Positions 27,231 through 37,700 of a DNA stretch of 64,000 nt are shown here, in pieces. The position numbers and the translations under genes are program-made. Below the pieces are notes generated by a model. The model searched no databases. It was not told the DNA's origin and saw only the letters and a program-made list of their open reading frames with translations. Location of the stretch: assembly GCA_963817955.1 (NCBI GenBank), contig CAWFQK010000006.1, positions 51,007-115,006 on the forward strand. Direction: 5' to 3'. Origin of the DNA: an uncultured Gemmatimonadaceae bacterium (GTDB taxonomy: Bacteria > Gemmatimonadota > Gemmatimonadetes > Gemmatimonadales > Gemmatimonadaceae). Positions within the stretch are counted from its first letter, which is position 1. Each line of letters starts with the position of its first letter.

Positions 27231-29381
27231 ATGACCCGTTCGAGACGCGATTTCCTCCAGGCATCCGCGGCCGCCGCGGCGGCATTGACCATTGGACCGC
27301 TCGAGCGTGCAGCGGGCGCTGCCGAAGCGCTGCCCGATGCGCCGCTGACCGGCGTGTCCGACATCAGGGCGTTCGAGCGCCAGATGCTTCGCGCGAGACC
27401 GCTCGCGCTCGAACAGGTGCGTGTGACCGGCGGGCCACTGAAACACGCGCAGGACCTCACGGCGGCGTATCTCCTCGAGCTCAACCCCGACCGCATGATG
27501 GCGTACTATCGCGAGCGGGCCGGTCTACCGCGAAAGGCCGAGCCGTACGGAGGATGGGACGGTGGCGGGCGCAATCTCACGGGCCACATCACCGGCCATC
27601 ACCTGTCTGCCGTGAGCTTGATGTACGCCGCGACTGGAGATGCGCGATTCAAGGCGCGCGCCGACTATCTCGTGCGCGAGTTGCAGGTCGTCCAGGACAA
27701 GCAGGGCGATGGCTATCTGGGCGCACTGGAAGGAGGTCGCGAAGCGTTCGTCGCACTCTCGAAGGGAGACATTCGTTCCGCGGCGTTCGACCTGAACGGG
27801 CTCTGGTCTCCCTGGTACGTGCTGCACAAGACATACGCAGGCTTGCGCGATGCGTACCGTTTCACCGGCAACACGCGCGCGCGCGATGTCGAGATCCGGT
27901 TCGCTGCATGGGCCGAGGGCGTGCTCGCACCGCTCAGCGAGGTGCAGGTGCAGCACATGCTCGATACCGAGCATGGTGGCATGAACGAAGTGCTGGCCGA
28001 TCTCTACGCCGACACCGGCGACAAGCGCTGGCTCGCTCTCTCCTATCGATTCGAGCACCACGCATTCACGGACGCGCTCAAGCACCACCAGGACAATCTC
28101 TCGGGCAAGCACGGGAACTGTCAGATCCCCAAGCTCGTTGGCTCGGCGGCGCGGTACGGCTACACGGCGGACACGGCCGACATCGTCGCGGCGGCGTTCT
28201 TCTGGGATCGCGTGGCGCAGCACCACAGCTACGCCACTGGCGGCCACGGGCTCGCCGAGTATTTCGGACCGCCCGATCAACTGGGCGCCCGCGTGGACGG
28301 ACGCACTTGCGAGTCGTGCAACGTTTACAACATGCTCAAGTTGACCCGGCGTCTGTTCTCGTTGAGTCCCGACGCCCACTACGCCGACTTTCACGAGCGC
28401 GCGCTATTCAACCACATTCTTGCATCGATCGATCCAATCGACGGCCGCACGTCCTACATGGTTCCGGTGGGCCGCGGCGTTCAGCAGGAATACCAGAACA
28501 TGCAGGAGAGCTTTACGTGCTGCGTCGGAACCGGCATGGAGAGCCACGCATTGCACGGCGATGGCATCTATTACGAGTCTCCTGACACGTTGTGGGTGAA
28601 TCTGTTCGTGCCATCGTCGGCGAAGTTCACGACGGCGGGCGTCCACCTCACGATGGAGACCGGGTTCCCCGATGGTGACAGCGCGAAGCTGACGCTCACC
28701 ATGCCGGCGTCAAAGCGGTTCACGCTCGCGGTGAGGCGCCCCATTTGGGCCGGCGACGATTTTGCCGTGAAGGTCAACGGCAGCATCGTTCCCCAGCCAT
28801 CGCTCGCGAGCCTGCGCAATTTCGCAGCAGGAGGTCGCGGCGGCGCACCGGGCAATGAGGCCGCACAATCCAGCACGTATGTCGAGCTCAATCGAACGTG
28901 GGTCTCGGGGGACGTCGTGGAGCTCGTGCTCCCGAAGTCTATTCGGCTCGAGCCGACGCGCGACAACCACCAGGTCGCGGCGATCATGTGGGGTCCACTC
29001 GTGCTCGCCGGCGATCTCGCGCCGCGCCGCGAGCGGTCGTCAGCACCTGACGTACCGATTCCAGCGCTCGTCGCTGCCGATCGCCCGATCGCGAGTTGGA
29101 TCGTGCCCACTGGGACTCGCGCCGGAGACTTTCGTGCACAAGGCGTTGCGCGCGTTGCAGCCCAGCCGGGCACGCCGGCGGATGTGTCTCTGACACCGTT
29201 CTATCGCACCCATCGCCGTACCTACAGCGCGTACTTCGATGTGCTCACGCCCGCCGAGTTCGATGCGCGGACCGCGAGCATGGCTGCTGAACGCGCGCGC
29301 ATGCCAAAGATGGAATCAGATACCGTTGCCTACGTGCAACCCGGTGACGCGCCGGGTGAACGAGGCGCGGAACGTGGGTGA
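27231..29381 (+). CDS. Beta-L-arabinofuranosidase-like (GH127/GH146), Tat-exported; C-terminus possibly truncated
   Basis: SRRDFL; GHITGHHLSA, EHGGMNE, CESCNVYNMLKL, FTCCVGTGMESH. Confidence 0.88.
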   Translation: MTRSRRDFLQASAAAAAALTIGPLERAAGAAEALPDAPLTGVSDIRAFERQMLRARPLALEQVRVTGGPLKHAQDLTAAYLLELNPDRMMAYYRERAGLPRKAEPYGGWDGGGRNLTGHITGHHLSAVSLMYAATGDARFKARADYLVRELQVVQDKQGDGYLGALEGGREAFVALSKGDIRSAAFDLNGLWSPWYVLHKTYAGLRDAYRFTGNTRARDVEIRFAAWAEGVLAPLSEVQVQHMLDTEHGGMNEVLADLYADTGDKRWLALSYRFEHHAFTDALKHHQDNLSGKHGNCQIPKLVGSAARYGYTADTADIVAAAFFWDRVAQHHSYATGGHGLAEYFGPPDQLGARVDGRTCESCNVYNMLKLTRRLFSLSPDAHYADFHERALFNHILASIDPIDGRTSYMVPVGRGVQQEYQNMQESFTCCVGTGMESHALHGDGIYYESPDTLWVNLFVPSSAKFTTAGVHLTMETGFPDGDSAKLTLTMPASKRFTLAVRRPIWAGDDFAVKVNGSIVPQPSLASLRNFAAGGRGGAPGNEAAQSSTYVELNRTWVSGDVVELVLPKSIRLEPTRDNHQVAAIMWGPLVLAGDLAPRRERSSAPDVPIPALVAADRPIASWIVPTGTRAGDFRAQGVARVAAQPGTPADVSLTPFYRTHRRTYSAYFDVLTPAEFDARTASMAAERARMPKMESDTVAYVQPGDAPGERGAERG

Positions 29382-29405
29382 CAGATAGCGGGTGGTACGT
29401 AGGCG

Positions 29406-30992
29406 CTACGACGCCCTCACGTCCGCGGCAATCCGACGAAGCTCCGGAAGGATGTCACCGATCTGCACGGCATCAGAACGCGGGTCACCCATCGCGAAGT
29501 ACAGCGATTTGTACATGCGGTATAGTCGTTCGTACGTCGCGTGCTCGCGCGCATCGGGCTCGACGATCGCGATAGGTCGGGCAGAGCTCGCGCTGCGCCT
29601 CTTCGATCGTCTGCTGAACGTTCCGGCGGCGAGGAACGCGAAGATCGCCGAGCCCAGGCTGGTGATCGACCGCTCCGGCACGAGCACCGGTTTGCCGAAT
29701 ACGTTGGCGTAGACGCTGGTTTAGAACATCGTTCTTCTGCGGGATGCCGCCGCCGTGGATCACCCGCTCGATCGGCACGCCATATTCCGCCATGCGCTCG
29801 AGGATCACGCGCGTATGGAACGCCGTGCCTTCGATCGCCGCGAACAGGTGATCCTGCGCCGTATGGTTGAGATTCCACCCCAGCGTGACTCCGCCGAGGT
29901 TCGGGTTCACGAGCACGGTGCGGTCGCCGTTGTCCCACGAGATGTGCAGCAGTCCCGTCTGGCCGGCGCGGAACGACTCGAGCCCGCTTCGACAGCTCCG
30001 CGACGGCTCGCCGCTGCGCGCCGCGAGCGACTTCGAACAGGTAACCCGTGGCCGAGAGACCGGCCTCGATGCCGACGTATCGCGGGTGGATCGAGCCATG
30101 GCACGACACCGCACAGACCCGGAATGCGATCGGTCTGCTTCGCGATCGCCATGATGCACGTCGCCGTGCCGATCACGTTCACCACGTCGCCCTCGGCGAT
30201 ACCGGCGCCGATCGCGTCCCAGTGCGCGTCGAACGCGCCGACGGGGATCGGGATCCCCTCGCGCAGAGCCCGAGCTTCTCGGCCCAGGCGGTCGAAGGCG
30301 TCCCGGCAAGTGATCGGACGTGAGATAGCGTGCCGCGCAGCAGGTCACGCGCGCCGGCGAGCAGCGGGTCGACGCTTCGCGAGAAAGCTCTCGGCGGCAG
30401 GTCGCCGTCATCCACAGCCACTTGTGCCCCATCGCGCAGATGCTGCGCGGCACGTCGTCGATGATCGGTGATGCCACAGAGCACGCCGGCGACCATGTCG
30501 CAGTGCTCGAGCGCGGCGACGAGCGAGCCGCGCTTGTCAGGGTTGTGGCGCAGCCAGTGCAGCAGTTTGGCGAACCCCCACTCCGACGAATACACGCCGC
30601 CGCAGAAGCGTCGATCGCGCCGAGGCACTCGCGCCTTCGCCACTCGAGTGATCAGCGCGGCTTCCTCGTGCGCGCGGTGATCGCACCAGAAGTAGTAGTC
30701 GTCAAGCGGCACGAGGCCCGTCCCCACCGGGATGACGGTCGAACCGGTGGTGTCGAGCGCGAGCGCCTCGATGCGCGTCCGGCCATGCCGGCGACGCTCG
30801 AGCGCGGTCTGCATCGCGGGGACGAGCGCGCTCATGTGCGCTTCGTGCGATTGCGTGGCGAAGTCCGGGTCGTTGCGGTCGCGCTTCACCGGAATACTCG
30901 GCCACACCCCGCCGAGCGGGCCGCGCGCGCTGTCCACGAGCGAGACGCGCACGCTCTGCGTGCCGAAATCGACTCCGGCCACGATCAGGCAT
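29406..30992 (-). pseudogene. araB: Ribulokinase, many frameshifts (pseudogene or sequencing error)
   Basis: Fragments in different frames: [86 protein letters not shown]. Confidence 0.85.
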
Positions 30993-31034
30993 GGAGTTCG
31001 TTTGCTGCCGTCCGCCTCCGGTCTGCCGTCTGCA

Positions 31035-32551
31035 TCATCGATGCCGCGGTACTTCCCAGCCGAGATAGCGCGTCGTCGCCTCGTGCACGGCATCGGCGAC
31101 TGTCGCGAGGTGCTGGCGACGTGATGCTCGAAACCGTTCGCGCAGATGAAGTGGAGCAGATCCTGCAGCCGGCGGATCTCCACCACACCCGCGCCGCCGA
31201 AGGTCGAGAGCGGGTCGTTCGTGAAGCGGCCTTCGCCGACGTAGCCGCGAATTCTGCCCGTGCGGTCGTCCGTCGAGAACCGGGCAAAGGTCATCGGGCT
31301 CGGCCTTCACCCTGCCGACGATCGTGCCGAACGTGTTCTCCTTTCCCACCGTGCCCGCAATGATCTCCTGGTAGTCCATCTGCACCTCGTCGAAGAACGC
31401 CTTCGGGCAGGTTGCTGCAGTGGAAGCACACGGCCTTGTCGGGATCCTCGCCGTAGTTGTTGTTCCAGTCGAGCAGCGCGCTCGGCGTCTCCGAGGCGAG
31501 CGTGAGCGCGTACATGCTGACCGTGCCGCACACGTCCACCTCGCACGCGCTCGGCAATCAGCTCGTCGCTCATCATCGACATGATCGTGCACGGCACGAC
31601 GCCGAAGAATTCCTCGAGCGAGGTCCAGCACTGCACGGCGCTGACGGTGACGTCGGCTTCGTCCATCCAGCCGTCGATGACGAGCGCCGAGCTTCGCCAT
31701 CTTGAGCAGCGCCGCGTCCGGGATGCCGTCGGTGCGCGACGTACGCCTGATCATTTCGTTCGAGCTTGTGCGCGCGATGCGGGTCGTCGTCCTTGGCCAG
31801 GCGTTCGACGCGGCCGAGAATCTCCGAGAGGTCGATCGGCTCGATGGCAATGCCGCTCGCCTCGAGGATCTTCTCGCTGTACCGCACCGTCTTGAACGCG
31901 GCGGGGCGGGCGCCGATCGCGCCGATGCGTGCGGCGCGGAGACCGCGCACCACGCGGCACGTCGCGGCGAACCAGCGAGGTCGCGGGCGAACCGTCGGGG
32001 AATCCGGATGCTGGGTGTGCAGCGACGTCAGCGAATACGGAATGCCGTACTGCGTGAGCACGTTGCAGGCGGACATCTTGCCGCAGAACGAGTCGCGGCG
32101 GTGCGCGATGCCCATCTTTGCCGGATCGTCGCCGCCAGGCGTGAACGAGCACCGGAACGTTCGAAGCCGGCCAAGCCGAATCGTCTCGCCGATCGCGCGC
32201 TCATCGCCGAAGTTCGGCAGCGTGACGACAATGCCGGCAATCTTGTCGCCGATTGGCGCGAAAGAGCGCCGCGCACGCTTTCGCCTCGTCACGGCTCTCC
32301 ACGGCGCCATGGACCGAATCCTCCGGTCCGAGCGCGATGGCATCGATCCCCTCTTCCGCGAACGCGCGGAGCATCTCCTCGCGTCCAGTGCGGGCGAGGT
32401 GCCCCGGGAAGAAACCGCGATTGCCGACAATCACGCCGAGCGTGACACGTGTTTTGGGCGTGGCATGGAGGCGGCGGGCGGCGGATTGCGCCGCCGCGCG
32501 CGCCGCCGTGAGCTTTCCGCCAATATTCGATTCGAGCTTGTGGATGCGCAT
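31035..32551 (-). pseudogene. L-fucose/L-arabinose isomerase-family protein, many frameshifts
   Basis: Fragments [67 protein letters not shown]; start 32551 or 32466. Confidence 0.8.
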
Positions 32552-32615
32552 GGGCTGATCAGGGCTGAGGAGGCGGAGCTGGCTCCCCTAACATGGCCAG
32601 CGGCGCAAGCTTGGT

Positions 32616-33266
32616 CTAGTTCTTCGGCACCGTCAGGCGCGCGTATGTCGAGTCGATCCGCCGCACGTACCCGAGCGTCTCCAAGTAGCGCCACCGTTGT
32701 ACAGTGGGGGCAATGCGCTCGACACTCGCCCAGGCCGGCGCGCCCGACTTTGCACGCGCCATGGCCAGGGCGCGCGTGATCGTTCCTTCGCCGGCGTTGT
32801 AGCTGGCGAACATGAAGTGATGCCGTTCGTCTTCCGGCACATCGTTCTGCCACAACTGCCACAAGTAACGATCGTGCATGATGCCCGCGGCAATATTCCA
32901 CTCCGGCTGGTCGATGGTGCCGAAGCCCTGCCGGTGCGAGGCAATCTCATGGTAGGTGGAAGGCATGAGCTGCATGACGCCCCGTGCCCCGACCCAGCTC
33001 TGCGCATTCGGGTTCAACTCGCTCTCGGCAAACCCCTGTGCCTTGAAGTACCGCCAGTCGAAGGAGGGCCCGAAATAGCGCTTCGTGTACTTCTTGAAGG
33101 TGGGATCAAATCGCTGACTGATCTTCCGCACGGCGCGCGCGCGCGCCGCGCGTTCCAGCGCCTGTCCGGCCTTGGTCAACGGCGACGTCTGCCCCCGCGC
33201 TTCGCGAGGAGCGAATAGCACGATCAGCAAAGACATCAGCCCCAACCACCGCTGCCGCCGCCGCAT
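32616..33266 (-). CDS. Lytic transglycosylase SLT domain protein (MltF C-terminal-like)
   Basis: Signal peptide; AES, GARGVMQLMPST, ASYNAG, ETLGYV. Confidence 0.9.
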   Translation of the reverse strand: MRRRQRWLGLMSLLIVLFAPREARGQTSPLTKAGQALERAARARAVRKISQRFDPTFKKYTKRYFGPSFDWRYFKAQGFAESELNPNAQSWVGARGVMQLMPSTYHEIASHRQGFGTIDQPEWNIAAGIMHDRYLWQLWQNDVPEDERHHFMFASYNAGEGTITRALAMARAKSGAPAWASVERIAPTVQRWRYLETLGYVRRIDSTYARLTVPKN

Positions 33267-33269
33267 CAG

Positions 33270-33473
33270 CTACCCGATCGCGCGCCCAACGATGAGCGCG
33301 ATGGACAGGAACAGCGCGGCAACGAAGATCGCCACGGCCACGTTGCCCCGCTTGAGCTCCGCGGGGAAGTCAACTTCCGGCGTCAGCCGGTCGATGACGC
33401 GGTAGCTCACGTACATGAGGACCACACCGACCGCGGCGTAGATCAGGTTGAGCGCGAGAATGGATAGCTGCAC
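33270..33473 (-). CDS. DUF350-family small membrane protein
   Basis: Two TM with IDRLTP...ELKRGNVAVAI. Confidence 0.8.
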   Translation of the reverse strand: MQLSILALNLIYAAVGVVLMYVSYRVIDRLTPEVDFPAELKRGNVAVAIFVAALFLSIALIVGRAIG

Positions 33474-33615
33474 GACGATCTCCTGAAGAGAGTGTGCTCG
33501 AGAATACGACGGCCGAATGGCCCGTGGGGTTTCGTCTTCGCATGGCGCGACGGTGGGCGGCGGCGATCGGGAGCGCCCTCAAGCGATTGGCCCCACTGCG
33601 ATTACATACTTCGGA

Positions 33616-34078
33616 TCTTCGGGGATTTGTGTGGGTGAATTGCCTGTCATCCTAAGCAAAGCGAAGGATCTCTGTGACCGACAGACCAGCTTTTCAACGC
33701 AGAGGACGCAGAGAACTGCAGGAGAACTGCAGAGAACTGCAAAAGAGAACTGGAAAAGGGAACTGCAAAGAAAACTGTAAGCGTACGGAAGAAAGAAGCG
33801 GGTATTGGTGGAATGAAGCGTAATTGCCGAGTCCACAATCATTCCGCTTGGATCGTTGATGATCTCGACCTGGGCGATACCATCGGAGCGTCACGACGGC
33901 ATCAGCCAAGACATCCAGGCGAGACAATCCTTCACGGCCCTCTGCAGTTCTCCTGCAGTTCTCTGCGACCTCTTGCAGTTCTCTGCGACCTCTGCGTTAA
34001 ATGCTGTTGCGCCGTTCACCGAGATCCTTCGCTTTCGCTCAGGATGACAGGCAATTCGCCCACTCATTTCCCCGAAGA
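33616..34078. repeat. Nested palindromic element, copy 1
   Basis: Long imperfect inverted arms (TCTTCGGGGA...TGTCATCCT(A/G)AGC..GCGAAGGATCT...AACGCAGAGG.CGC(AGAGAACTGC)n) around a ~165 bp core shared with 44194-44700 and 60068-60585. Confidence 0.9.
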
Positions 34079-34615
34079 CCCCAGACTATACCGCTGTACG
34101 ACACCGTCGAACGTTTCCCCGCCGACGGTCACGTATAAGTGATGGTCGGTCACCGCCAGATCGAGTGCTGTGCGCCGATCGAGGCGCGCCACGAGCGCAT
34201 CGATCAAGGGGCGGTCGACCCCGTATATCTCGATTGACTCGGCGCGATGGATTCGCTCGCCCTCGAGGTGACGCACGAGCTGCGCGGCGTCCTTGTGTGT
34301 GTAGACGACGACGCGTGGCGATGCTTTGCTTGCCTTGTGCAGGCGCGCGGCATCAGGTGAACCAATTTCGATCCAGACGCGGAGCGCGCCTGTGAGATCG
34401 CGCACGACGACCGCTGGCTCGTCCGGCTCGGTCAGCCCTTTCGTGAACGTGATGCCGTCCGTGTACTCGAGGCAGTAGGCAAGGACGCGCGTAACGAGAT
34501 ACTCCTCAGTCTCCGACGGCTGGCGCGCCGCACGAAATGCGAGCGTCTCGTAGACGTTGCGGTCGACGTTTGAGAGCTGGACGTCGAAATTATGAACGGT
34601 CGCGGTTAGGGCCAC
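34064..34615 (-). CDS. yaeQ: YaeQ-family protein
   Basis: MALTAT, ARQPSETEE, RVLAYCL, WIEIGSPD, RLHKASK. Confidence 0.92.
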   Translation of the reverse strand: MALTATVHNFDVQLSNVDRNVYETLAFRAARQPSETEEYLVTRVLAYCLEYTDGITFTKGLTEPDEPAVVVRDLTGALRVWIEIGSPDAARLHKASKASPRVVVYTHKDAAQLVRHLEGERIHRAESIEIYGVDRPLIDALVARLDRRTALDLAVTDHHLYVTVGGETFDGVVQRYSLGSSGK

Positions 34616-34704
34616 AGGGATTCACTTGAAATGTTCATGCTGGGCACACACGACACAGGCACACCACGCTAACGGTGTGCCTGTGTCGTTGACGGATTGG
34701 ACGC

Positions 34705-37700
34705 TTAGATCGGCGGCTTCACCCGCTTCCCCCAGAGCGCCGAAGGCGGCTCTGTCATCAACCGCTCGACGGGGTGCTCCTTGAGCTGCTTCATCCCTTC
34801 CTCGACCGCGCGCTCGAGCTGCGGGTCGTGTCCGGCGATGACTTCCTTCGGCGTATTCTCGACGTCGATGTCGGGCGCGACACCTTCGTTCTCGACTGCC
34901 CACTTGCCATCGCGCGCAAAGAACCCGCCGCGCGGTGCGATCGCCGATCCGCCATCGACGAACGTCGGCGTATCGGCAGTGTGTACCAGACCGCCCCAGG
35001 TGCGTTTGCCGACGAGCGTTCCAACCTTGCGATACCGGAACATGTACGGCATGAGATCGCCGCCCGATCCGGCCATTTCGTTGATGATCATCACCTTCGG
35101 GCCCCAGATACCAGCGGCGGGACTCGTGAAGGGAACGCGATCGCCGGCCACGTTGTTGAAGTAGCCGTCGAAATTACGTTGCAGAATGTCAATGATGTAA
35201 TCGGCCGCCTGCCCGCCGCCGTTATACCGCTCGTCGATGATCGCGCCCTTCCGATCCTGCTGGGCGAAGTAATAGCGGTTGAAGCTCGTGTACCCGGGCT
35301 GCCCGGTGTTCGGCAGATACACGTATGCGAGCTGGCCATGCGACAGCGAATCCACCGTGCGACGATTGTCTTCCACCCACGCACGGGTTCGCAGCGTCTG
35401 CTCATTCGCCACGGGCAGCACCGTCACGTGCCGCGCACCTTCGAGCGTGGGGGTCGCGTTGACGACGAGACTCGTTTGCTTGTTCGCCGTGCCGTCGAGC
35501 AGCCGATAGATGTTGTCTGGTGCTCGCAGTTCCTGACCATTGATGGCCAGGATGTAGTCGCCTACCCGGACATCCACGCCCGGAGCAGCGAGCGGTGCGC
35601 GAAGATCCGGGTTCCATTCCTCGTCATCGTAGATGCGCGTGATCTTGTACCGGCCATCCTCGATGGCAAAGTCCGCACCGAGCAAGCCACCCGGGACCGC
35701 CGCCGGCACGTCCGGCATGTCGCCGCCGCGCACGTACGAATGGCCGATCGAAATCTCGGCGCCCATCATGTCGATGAGATAATTCAGATCGGCACGATGA
35801 TTCACATATGGCACGAAGGCGCTGTACATCTGGCGAACGCGCGGCCAGTCGGCCCCGTGCTCATTCGGCACGTACAAATAGTCGCGCTGGTTGCGCCATG
35901 CCTCGTCGAAGATCTGCTTGAATTCTTGCTTGGGATCGACGTTCGTCCGCAGATCGGAGTTGATGCGACCCTGTGCTGCTTGCGGCGGATTGCGGTCGGC
36001 GTCCACGATGAACAGCGACGGTCCAGTTGCTGCGCCGCCCCGGCCGCCCCGACCACCAGCCCCGCCGCCCGCGCGATATACCAGCTTGTGCCCATCCAGA
36101 CTCACGTCAAAGTCGGCAACACCAGTGACAAACGGCACGTCGCGGCGATCGCGCAGCGAGAACCGGTGCAGCGTTGCGCCGCCGGCACCACCCCGTCCGC
36201 CCGCCCCGGCACCACCCGGCTCTACGAAATACACCATGCCGGCAACGCCGGCGCGCAGGCTCGAGTACGGCCGCTCGGTGATTCCAGGAACCGCCAGAAT
36301 GCGGTGCGCCAGACCATCGAAATCGATGGTCATCGGTTGGCGAAGACCCATGGCAGCGGGACGAACGACTTCCGGTGCAGCGCTATCACCCGCAACCGTG
36401 GCACCGCCACGACCGCCTCGACTCCCGCCGGCGCCTCTTCCTTCGGCACTCGCAACGCCCTCCTCATCACTCTCAGGGAGGAACGGCGAGGGCTCGCCCT
36501 TGCGCAAGATGGCTACGTAGAGCCCGAAGTTCTCCGTATGGTCGTAGTTCGACATGTCGAGCCACTGCGACTTGAGCGCATAGTCGGTGGAGGCGAGGAA
36601 CCACAGATACTTTCCGCTCGCATCCCACGCCGGCGACATCGCGTCAGCCAACCCGTCCGTCACCTGTTTCGACACGCCCGTCTCAACGTTGACGACCTCG
36701 ATCACCTTGTACAGCGAATTGAGGTGCTTCGCATAAGCAATCCACTTGCTGTCCGGCGACCAGGCCGGATTCATCGTGCGCGTCGGCACCATCCACGGAT
36801 CGTTGCCGACGACTTTCGCCTCGCCCGTCGCGACGTCCACCACCCAGAGCTTCAAGTTGGTGTCGTGGAACATGATCTTCTTGCCGTCGGGCGACCACGC
36901 GGACGTATAGAAGTGGCCCGTCGTGGGAATCTTGATCTCGCGCGGCGGAGTAAGCCCGTCCTGCGCTTCGATGTACAGCGCGTATTCGCCCGAGCGATCG
37001 CTGAAGTACGAGATCTGCTTTCCGTCCGGCGACCAGGCCGGATCGTGTTCGGCCGAGCTCGACGAATTCGTCAGGTTCCTGATGTCGCCCTTGTCGGCGG
37101 GAATCGTGAAGATGTCGCCGCGCGCTTCGACCGCAACGCGCTTGCCGGTGGGTGACAGAGTGAGGTTCGTCATGCTGCCGCTCACGTCCTTCCACTGCGG
37201 CATCATCCACGGAAAATCTCCAGCAGCCGTGATGTTCACCACGTGCTGGCTTCGCGTCTTGGTGTCGAGCAAATGGATGTCGCCGGCCTGCTCGAAAACG
37301 ACGGCGTCGCCATCGGACGCCGCGTCGAGCGTCTTGACGTCGAAATCGCTGAACTTCGTGATCTGCACCAAGCGCTTGGCCTTGGTGTCGTAGCTCCAGA
37401 CATTCGCGACGCCATCGCGATCGGAGATGAAATCGATGACGTCGTTGCTGGTCCACACCGGATCCATGTTCTTCGACTCAGCCGTCGTCGGCGCCGAAAA
37501 ATGCGAGGGGCCGCGCGGGAGTCCGGCCTGAGCAACGACGAGATCGGACGAGCCATTCGGCGTGGTCTCCAGGTCGAACGTCTTGAGATCGACGATCCAG
37601 ATGGGGCGATTCTGGCCGCCGCGATAGTTGCGGCGCTCCTCGTCCCACGAGTTGTTCATCCGGTAGGCGATGTGCTTCCCGTCCGGCGAGATCTTGCCCT

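Noticed and set aside
33813..34142. Conserved small protein (CRVHNHSAxIVDDxDLGDTIGAS) in all three repeat cores
   Set aside because: Differences between copies are mostly non-synonymous, other frames are similarly open, and the ORFs run into repeat arms with different ends; DNA-level conservation explains it.
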